DNA from: Bugula neritina
Lineage: Eukaryota > Animalia > Bryozoa
Direction of reading: 5' to 3'
Length of the DNA: 64,000 nt
Assembly: GCA_964035545.1 (NCBI GenBank)
Contig: OZ037767.1
Location: 6,278,707-6,342,706 of the forward strand
Position 1 is the stretch's first letter. Each line of letters starts with the position of its first letter. Shown in pieces: positions 26,801 through 35,800 of the stretch. A program made the translations under genes and the position numbers. Below the pieces are notes generated by a model that did no database searches, had not been told where the DNA came from, and saw nothing but the letters and a program-made list of their open reading frames with translations.

Positions 26801-29800
26801 GTTGTTTGAATTGTATCAAATACAAAACTGTTCATTTAAAATGGACAGAATAAGTTTTTATTTACAAACAAAAACATAATAAAATATATAACAAATAATA
26901 TATTTTGCGGTGGTGAATGCCAGTGGAAGTGGTTGCCCTCAGGGTGGCCAAGATCTTCTGGGCTGAGACGAGCGGGTATGCTGCTCAAAAGAATGTTTTA
27001 TAGGCAGCATACCCTAAGGCAGTGGCAGCTAGACCCACAGCAGCACAAATACCCACTTTTTTTGCTGTGCTGTATTTCTGTAAATAAATTAATTTAATTG
27101 TTACAAGATGAAGAAGTATGATAAAACAAAACAAAGTAGTGGGTGAGCAGTGATATAAGATATGCAGAAGATAAAAGCATACTCCTATACTTACTTCATG
27201 GGTCTGCCACTGCCTTACATCTGCTCGTCTCAGCCGGCCACCCTGCTCGATGGAATAGACTAAGGGATGATGTTTTTCAACCACTTCTACAAATCATGTG
27301 ATACGCTAACAGCATACTATCAATACTTTTATGATATACTAAATGAGCAGCTATGGTGAGAATACTAACATGGATGCTAAATGAAAATTTGGTCATGATG
27401 ACACACTGGAATATTTTCCTAACCTATTGTTAGCACATTCAGACGTTCAACACTGTTACCTTGTTAGTATGTATCTATCAACTTAACATTTAACAACAAA
27501 GCTATTGACTTACCCACTTTTGTGGGAAGATGCCAAACTGGTGTATCCCTTCTGCAGAAGTTGGGTGTATAGGTGACTTGTTCATGCTTCTTGAAGGGAT
27601 ACACCAGTCGGCCCTCTTCCCACAATCTCCAGTGCAGCTGCCTTTCCTTAATGGACCGCACTGTGGCATTCACCACCGCATACGCCAAGATCTCTATAAG
27701 ATATTCACAACAACATGCAATGTCATCACTAGCAAAACATTAAATATGTTTAAATGTGACTATGCTAAAATTATCAAGCAATAACTTATGCAAGCGAGAT
27801 AGTCGTGTCATGGCATGTTCAGCAGTGATAGTTTTAACATTTATACTAATCGTTTTTAAATAATTTGAATGCTTACCGTTCTTTCGAAGCATCCACAATC
27901 TATCACGTAAGTCAACGTTAGTTGGTGGCACTAAAACACATAGTAGTATATTAAGGCATTGCAGTGACTCACCAAACCTGATAATCTAAGTACATGCAGT
28001 CTAGCAATATTACATTATTTGAAACCCTAAAGCAGTGGCAGCTAGTCCAGCAGTAGCAGTTTTTCCAATTTATTCATTTTACTATAATTTTGTAAATAAA
28101 TTAATTGAATTGCTACAAAGCAAAAAGTCACAGCAAGCACTACCATTTGTTTGAACTAAGACTATAAATATAAAAGATACTTACTGTAGTAATCTGCTTC
28201 AGTCGGGATTTGGGGTTCCGGTATAATCAGATAAGTCTTGGCACTGTTAGCATGCATGGTGGAGTTGGTGGGTGGGATTTCTTTCTCCTCTGGCACCATT
28301 TTCACCTGACCCTGTTTATAGCATGATGACGACATGGTTTTCCGGGGAATTAGTATACAGGAGGTTTTATAGTCTGATGAGTTTGCTAAAAAGTACACAT
28401 GAGTCAATTAAACTACGAATAAAGCATTTTATACACTTACAATCAAATATTATGATTAATTATTATCAATTGACTATAGCTTAAAATTGAGACTAAGCGA
28501 ATAGTGGTCACTACAGATATTAGAAAAATTACTGCTATTTTAAGCATATTAGAGCCATTAAAATTTAATTTTGTCTTTTCCAATAAATAAAATATATTTT
28601 TTAGTAGATATTTTATATTCTTACCTTGCTAGCTTTGACGATCAAGTTCGACTGATTCTTCATCAAAATCTGTCTCCTTTTATATGAAAAAGAACAATCG
28701 GAAGACAATCGAAACTTTTTAATTGGCCGGTAATGGCTTCAAGGTTTACTTGTAAACACCTTATTGGACAGCAATTTTATTCAAGAATTTTTCTCCTCTG
28801 CTCGTAAATTCGTGAAACCATAAAATAATTCTAACAATGTTGCATTGTCATAAGTTTATGTAGAAAATCATGCAACAATTTCAAAAATATTTGAGTTTAG
28901 CCAATAGATTTTTTTCTTCACCTTTAGACATTAATTTTATGTTTATTTTTCTCAATTGCACTAAATAATAGTCAACAATAAAGTAATAATAATATTGCCA
29001 CACTCCTAATACAAATTGTGATATTATATTGATCCACCTCTACTGCTCTTACAGTATTAAATGGCTTATTTTATTTATTCTTATTTTATCCACATACTGT
29101 TTTCAGGTGTCCTTTGATATTGCAGAAATTGTATGTAGAGTTCTTGTATCTGCAGTCATTTGATGAATGATTTAATGTGCCACAGCAATAAAAAGTTTGT
29201 TGAGGCTGTTGGTCGTGTTTTTTGCTAAATTTTCGGTCTGTGTCCACCACAGTTCCAATGCCTCCAGAAAATGTGAAATCTTTATCTTAAGTTTGAACCT
29301 CGAGTTTAGTTCAGCTTCATTTCTTACTGAAGAAATGAATCATTTCATTCATCTTATTGTTCATTCATTGAAGAGAAATCACAAGTCGTCGAATTCTGGA
29401 AATTAGTTCAGGGATTGTCTCTCCCAGTTTTCTTTTTATGTCAACCCATAATCTGTCTCTTTCTCTGATGATTAAAGTTTTTTTCGGTTGTGCTGTCTGT
29501 CCGTGTAATTGTGAATATTATCTATTGATAACTTGATTGTGGGTAGTGGTAAGTGACATATTGTCTCCAAGGTGAAGGTCAAACGTTGTATTCATGTTAC
29601 TTTGCTCTTTGAATCTTTGGGCTCACTCTAATAGATGTTTTATCCATTCTTCTGTAGTGCAACAGCTACTGTAGAAGTTAGTGGAAGCAATAAATGACCT
29701 TCTCTAAACTGCATCAGCAATTGATTTTTTTATTAATTATATGTATATATATAATGATAACATCGCTTTATATGTTATGAATTAAAAGCTGTTGCTCATC

Positions 29801-32666
29801 TGTTGGATATAATAATATATTCTCTAAAGTTTCAAATATTTTGCATTGTTGGGAGTTATATAACCTCGCTTGGATTTCTTGTAGTTTGCTGATGTAATTT
29901 CTAAGAAGGTGTCTGTTGGGGAAAAGCTAGAAGTTGGACTCGCTGAGTTGATATATCACAACTGTCAGCAGTACTGCCCAATCAGTAGATGCCACTTGTC
30001 TCTTCTACGTCTGCTAGTCAACTGTGTGAGTATTTCAAACAAGTTTAAATCATGATGCTGTGTATTAACGGGCAAGTTTGTACTCGCTATTCCTGTGAGA
30101 AAACCCCTGGCGGAAAGGGTTTTGTTAAATCGGGCTAAGGACTTATTCAGATGGAGCACAAGAGCAATTATGACTGGATGCTTTTCCTAACATCACCAAT
30201 GGCCTTTGTCAGGGCTCGAATCCATGACTTCATGCTTACTAGTTGAATGCTCTAACCCCTAGACCACGGTTGCTCCCTTGCCCTGCATTAATATTTTTAG
30301 TCAAATTGAAAAATTAGATATTTTCGAAGATACTTGAAAGTATTTACTGTTCTAGTCGTCATAAGGTCATAAGGTGTATGAAGTGTAGTGATTAGCTGGT
30401 TTTTAGATGTTATGCTGTGCTTCAAGTTGAGCTTTGTAAAATTATGAGCTGTGTTGGTTTTAGAAAAACCACTACAATTTCTGTAACTCTTTTTGAGTTG
30501 AAGTAAAGTTTATTCAACAATGTGGAACCACAGTAATACATATTGTTGTGCTCTCTATAAAAGCACCTTTTTCGGTGACTGTGAAGTTATATAACCGCTT
30601 GCTCTAATATTTTGTAATGTTGAGCAAATTTAGTGTGGTTTGAGATGTGAAATTAGCAATTGTTTTCACTAAAATTCATTGCTGGCTATTGAAAGTGCCT
30701 AGTAAAATACAGCCCTTCATTTGTGGTGACAGAGTTATGAGTAAAGATTTTTTGCAGTTGTCTAAAGATCACAGCTTCTTCATACCAGGTTTACAAGAAA
30801 TAACGGAGCGAGTTTACGAGCTGTTACGTGGTGATGAGCTGGGAGTTGAAGAACAAGAAACTTGTGTAAACATTGTGAAATCTATTAGCACTAATCTAAT
30901 AGTTGCTTTATCTTCTTATGGTAAACATTACTCACTCTTTTCTCATAATGGTGAAATTAATTTTATATAAAAATTGCAGTGGATGAGAGATCAAAACTGA
31001 ACATGACTTGTTTTTTCTAAAGCTATCTTATTTTGCCATACTCGAGGATGACTTGGGCAGTCAACTGTACTGAACCAATAAAGCTGGATGTCACATTTTC
31101 CTTTTTATAGATGATATACAGAACACAGCTAATAACTCTACATTTTCGAGTTTCTGTGGCAGTTGTGTTCTCCTGTTGTTTTCTCATGATGATTGTATTA
31201 GAACTCTGGCTTCCGATATAACCTGCACCTTTATGGCTCAGCGCAATCTTTCAACACAAACATGTAAGTAATGCTCACCGTCATGTCCTGATCGGGTGAC
31301 TGGTCAAAATTGTAAATAATACTAACGGAAAAATCCTGATAATCTACCGGTTGGTTTAGAGACAACTCCAAGTTTGTCTATTTCATCAACTTTAATCACT
31401 AATTATACTACAATCATTACTTCTAATTGAAGTATTCAGTATTATTTTAGTTCTATAACATTATTTTAGCATTGTCACCCCATGATGTTCTTCCAATGCT
31501 GTTTGAGTGGATGCGTTCATGTCCCATACCCAAACCAGAAGTCCTGCGTATATGGAAGGAGTGGTTAGAGGACCCTGCATTATGGTCAGCTGATGATTCA
31601 GCAAATGATAACCCTGTGAGTATCTTACATCATTACTGAAATGTGCAATAATTATATAGTATGTAGTAGTGTCACAGTGATATCTTTCTTTGCATATGGC
31701 TAAACAAATTAGTTGTAGCAACGGTTTATATATTTTGTTGCTGTGGACAATTTATAAGATAAATACTTTTAATTACGCAATCTGAAAGATGTGCAAATGC
31801 AAATAAAAGCAAGATATTTTTGATAGTATGGGCATAGATATATTTTTTGCTATAGAGAGTATTAATATTGATGACAATGGTTATTGAGTGAAACTTCGAC
31901 ATGTGCTTTATTTATGTCTTGGTTTTGAAAACTGATATTACTAAAATTAAAAGTTAACTAATTGTTATTAGATTAACCCACTTCCTGGAAGTGCCACAAC
32001 CATAAATTGTAATTTCTTTCTGATGCGCATTTTTAAGAAAAAATGCCTCACTATATGGAAGTAAATAACTAAGTGATTAGCAAAAAATTCATGTGGACAA
32101 ATTATTTCAATTCATCTTATTCAAAGTTCTTGATTGCTTGGCATTGGCTGGAAAAGTTTCTTCTGTGTAGCAAAATTCGAAGTTAAATCAATTTACCACC
32201 GAAATTGCTTCAACACTATTAAGATTGGAGTTTTAACCTGCTTCAGTATCTCGTAGAGTTTAGACTGTTGTATCTTTTATGGTGGTTTTGAAACCCGACA
32301 CTATCAAGTTCCTAAACTAACTCATCCATGTGAATACGAAATGATTTTTCAGGTTTTTTATTTTAATTCTACCAAGAAAAATTGTTTCCAAAAGACTTGG
32401 CAACATAGTGTTGTGTAAATGTGAAATGGGTTTCTTTAATTACAATCTTTTATTTTAGTTGATTATATAATGTGCTGTTATTTGCGGAGTTTTCTCAGTC
32501 TTCTACATGTTATCAAAGCTGTTTCAGGTTGCATACTTTTCATTTGTGTTTGCAGGATGACGACGAAAGCAAACTGTTCAGCAAGTGTCAAGGGAGCCTA
32601 CTATGTGACCCAGAATATTTTTTCTCAATTCTTAAGAGCAGTTATAACGCCTTTCGCAATGCTTAA
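17855..32666 (+). CDS. THADA: THADA / Trm732-like tRNA 2'-O-methylation regulator (DUF2428), ~1000 aa as modelled
   Basis: Exons 17855-17971, 18269-18439, 18894-19081, 19824-20014, 20370-20515, 21252-21364, 21750-21970, 22605-22756, 23321-23479, 24019-24179, 24262-24440, 24769-24862, 25300-25619, 25891-25994, 29885-30025, 30758-30920, 31111-31263, 31470-31615, 32556-32666 join in phase. Hallmark motifs SSPEG, CCWRTIKE, HRGAFE, TRRSAGLP, VHSLNVLRALF, WPVRNASTLLFSA, NSLHGLLLQ. Exons after 25619 are less certain. Confidence 0.9.
18465..18665. repeat. TA-rich degenerate tandem/palindromic repeat (tatataatcatatagta...atatgattata)
   Basis: 3-4 diverged ~50-bp units in a THADA intron. Confidence 0.7.
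22251..22470 (-). mobile_element. tRNA-derived SINE
   Basis: Head gggagcagccgtggtctagggtctagagcg...ttagtaa...ggcttcaaacccc; tail ...ctcacagggatggtgactataaac. Confidence 0.8.
22956..23160 (-). mobile_element. tRNA-derived SINE (diverged)
   Basis: Homologous to 22251-22470. Confidence 0.7.
24525..24675. mobile_element. Small MITE-like element
   Basis: ~34-bp imperfect terminal inverted repeats gcagtaatggagaaattgaga / tctcaatttctccactactgc. Confidence 0.55.
25027..25177 (+). mobile_element. tRNA-derived SINE, 3'-truncated
   Basis: ggagcagccgtggtttaaggg...cttagtaaac...gggttcaaa...gtgccccacctgaataagtcctt, opposite orientation to the other copies. Confidence 0.7.
26906..26984 (-). other. Structured 3'UTR element complementary to the gene's own CDS
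   Basis: Five perfect antisense blocks (11, 13, 10, 14, 17 nt) to 27004-27014, 27223-27235, 27236-27245, 27278-27286+27514-27518 and 27664-27680, in nested order. Confidence 0.85.
26985..28335 (-). CDS. Uncharacterised 189-aa protein with C-terminal tail anchor; gene nested antisense in a THADA intron
   Basis: Coding exons 28335-28185, 27930-27877, 27693-27514, 27286-27195, 27077-26985, all with gtaag donors and in-phase joins: MSSSCYKQGQ...EADYY M PPTNVDLRDRLWMLRKN E ILAYAVVN...WHLPTKV E VVEKHHPLVY...QWQTHE KYSTAKKVGICAAVGLAATALGYAAYKTFF*. Non-coding exon 1 at 28653-28625; AATAAA at 26862-26857. Confidence 0.8.
28021..28120 (-). pseudogene. Degenerate duplicate of the nested gene's last exon inside its intron 2
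   Basis: accctaaagcagtggcagctag...tgtaaataaattaatt.aattg.tacaa matches 27011-27106; acceptor AG mutated to AA. Confidence 0.7.
28625..28770 (-). promoter_or_regulatory. TATA + initiator promoter of the nested gene
   Basis: TATAAAA starting 28684, 31 nt upstream of the A of a TCAGT initiator (28653); CCAAT at ~28726-28722 and ~28767-28763; inverted gtttac/gtaaaca forkhead-like pair at ~28744-28758. Confidence 0.7.
29190..29600 (-). mobile_element. Possible decayed retrotransposon gag-like fragment
   Basis: Stop-interrupted frame containing RDRLWVDIKRKLGETIPELISRIRRL, resembling the gag Q-x-x-x-E-T/S-I-x-E-x-x-x-R-x-x-x-L motif. Confidence 0.3.
30067..30278 (-). mobile_element. tRNA-derived SINE
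   Basis: Head gggagcaaccgtggtctaggggttagagc...tagtaag...ggattcgagccc; same body as 22251-22470. Confidence 0.8.
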
Positions 32667-32815
32667 CTAGATAAAACATTTTTTATTACGGCTTATTACG
32701 GCAATTTTTATTTTATTAGTATTTTTATATATTCAGAATTGCTAATAAAAATAAAGTTTTAAAACTAGTTCTGTCAGTAAAGATAGACATTGACAAAGTT
32801 TGAACCCAACAGAAA

Positions 32816-35800
32816 TCATTTCAATTTCTTTTTAGTTATCAGCAATCCATAGTCGTATAGTATCTGTGCCATGTCCACCTTCAAAGTAAATACAGCAATG
32901 ATTAGACAAGTCAGTTATTATATTAGGAGCCAAGTCATACACAGATCTTAGCAAGTGCTCCTTGGTTCTGTGAAATTAATTTGAGTAAGAGTAAAAGGTT
33001 CAGTATCACCATTGCTCCATGGATCAATCTGGTGATGTAATGGGAAAACTAATGAACTGAACACACTTTTCAGATTGAATTGGCTGAGATGGAACTGGAA
33101 TCGGTCCATGGACCAACCGTTGATATGTCCTCCACCACGTGGTAAATAAAAGTTGAAATTGAGATGAATATAATTATTGTCTGTAGAAGCGAATGTGAAC
33201 TACTCCCAATGCTACAGTCAAATTGCATGATTTTTTATTCCGAAATATCCATTAAACCAGTTTGGAGACATCAAAGTTATTGTAAACATCATTAAAACAC
33301 AGGAAGTGACCTCAAACAGGAAAGAACATCACACAAGAGCTTTAGCTCACCTGAGCTGTGACGGTCATGTCCGGTATTTCTGCGATTTGTACAAAGTCTG
33401 GATAAATCCGCTGTAAATATTCTATGCCAGGAGCCAGCTGATTGGGAATACACAGAATAAATGCTGTTAGAAACCGATAAACATTTGACAAAAGCAAAGT
33501 TTGTAATAAATTAGCGAAACACACTGATCCAGTATAAGTTTGATTATTGCTTAACAGTTCAATGGTCAGAATGTATACCATTTCTAGAAGTATACGTCAA
33601 ACTATGAAAACTGCGCATTCTTATTTTTCTTCCATATGACTGTTGAAATGTAAATTAAAAGTGACGACTCGCTATTGGCTGAAAAATGACATTACTGAGT
33701 GAGACTATATACTACACAGTTCAGTTAAACTAATAATAGTTATACTCGGCATTTACCTTTTCATTCACCATGAAGAACTGAAGTTCATTGCCATGGTAAA
33801 GCCGATCATTGTCAGTGTTATAGTAAACTCTAATTTTATGTTCACCACTGTCACCTTGACCTTCTAGTTGATCTTTAGCATCGTCTTCCCCTGAAAGCAA
33901 CATGATGCATACTGGAAAACCATGTGATGAATTTTATGAACACCAACTGCATAGTCTACAGCATAGCAGTCTGTACTTTAAAGCATAGCACAGTTACCTT
34001 CATTATAGTCATTCACAATTCTTATACTGTGTTTTCTTAGCAGCCGCACTTCAACAGTGGAGTCTATAGCGATACAACCTTCAGGCTGGTTTCCCACCCA
34101 CTTGCCTCCTTGTTTTGCTATGCTGTGCTCTTTCTCTCCTGTAGAAACAATTAAGAGTGACATATTGTCATTGTGGGATATAAATAACAAGAGATAATTA
34201 GGAAGCAGAAGTTGCGTCTGATGTCTCTGAAGAAATCTATTTAATTATGATGTAATTGCTTGATTCAGTTTTCTAAACTTTCTCTGGCTGTATTTAACAA
34301 CTTCAAACTCAAACAACTACTAAGTAAGCATCAATTCAGAAAGACACATTTTCAAGTGCAAATAAAGGCCAATTAAATTTTTTTTGACAAATTGATTATC
34401 ATATAAAAAATTGAAAGAAAGTAAGATATAAAGATTACAGTTTTATTACTGATCAGATAGCGTACACTAGATACTGTGTATAGCTACTGTAGTACAGACT
34501 ATGTAGTATTCTACACCTACTTTCGGTTAAGAACGGAGGAAGAGAATCATGAATAAACCTTTTGCCAAGAGCATCACAAGCATCGTCTACAGCTGACGGC
34601 AGCTGCAACTTGTTCATCAGTGCAAACACTTTACGCATCAACACATCACGCTGCTGGGAGGCCTGAATAAAACAACCACATTGTTTAAAAGAGTGTGAAC
34701 CATAAGTCAAACTGCTGCCTTTGTTTTTAACAACCATTTTAACATGAAACATAGATTGTGGAATATCTTTCATTGCCAGCACTTCCTACATTACAAAAAG
34801 GCGAACTCTTCTTCGTTCTAACATAGTGCTATAACAGCAGCAAATATAAATTCTGCAATGCAAAAAGAGAAAGTGACCATTTAGTTTAATCACATAGTGT
34901 ATCTTCAGCACACAGTAGGAGCTTTGACACTTTAGCAGGCTGGAAAAATGCCAGAAATTAACTTCTTACTTGTTATGAACAGATCAAGCTAATAAAGTAA
35001 TGCCAACACATCTACACATAAAGTCAGCCATAACCACATCTACACATACAGTCAGCCATAACTACATCTACACATGCAGTCAGTCATAGCTACAGTTGCA
35101 AAGTACTGCTGACTTACGTCTTGCAGAGCGATGCCGGTATAGTTGAGGAAGTCTATGGGTAGACTTTCCCTGAACTCTGGATCTGATTGGGTCAATTCAT
35201 TCAATGCAATAGGAAGCATCTGCAATACAAATACAGAACATTAGTCATTGTAGTGATGTCACTGAATGACATGTCTAGTGAGACAAGCAGGTGAGAGACT
35301 GACCAGGTGTAGCAGGTTACTCCAGCTGTTCTGTTGGTGTGTAGACAGGGTTATATGCAGAGAGTGTTCATCTTCCTGGGCCATTGCCTGGTGTATCGCA
35401 CCTCTTGGCATATAGAGCAAGTCACCGGGCTCAAGAACACAGTCTATGAGAGGGTTAGACAACTCCTCTTGTGTCAGGTTCGCTATAAGTACAGCAAAAC
35501 TACACATTTGAATTGCACAGAAATGTCGACACACAAATTTAAATAACAAAACATCATTATTCATATTTTAATGGTCACCTATCAAAATCATAGGTGTGAG
35601 CATCTTTCAAACTTTACAAGAAAATTATCAGACCTCAACTTTCTGGTGAGAATGTGAAGCTACTGAACCAAATTCTCACAGAGCAATCATATCATAAACT
35701 GAGAGTTAATTGAAACAAGCATTTATTGCACTGCTTCACCAACTCAACAAGAGAGTAGTAGCCTATCTACAGTGAGGTAAGTACTGTAACACAGCCTACC

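Noticed and set aside
26906-26984. SECIS element explaining the UGA
   Set aside because: No AUGA/GA kink-turn core or apical AAR motif is visible, and the segment is accounted for by pairing with the CDS.
28625-28663. ATG-initiated coding first exon (MKNQSNLIVKASK) for the nested gene
   Set aside because: The ATG lies upstream of the TATA-defined initiator and the phase does not match exon 2.
29885-32666. A separate + strand gene downstream of the nested gene
   Set aside because: The exons join THADA in phase and resemble its C-terminal motifs (CVLLLFSHDDCIR, DDESKLFSK), so they were assigned to THADA.
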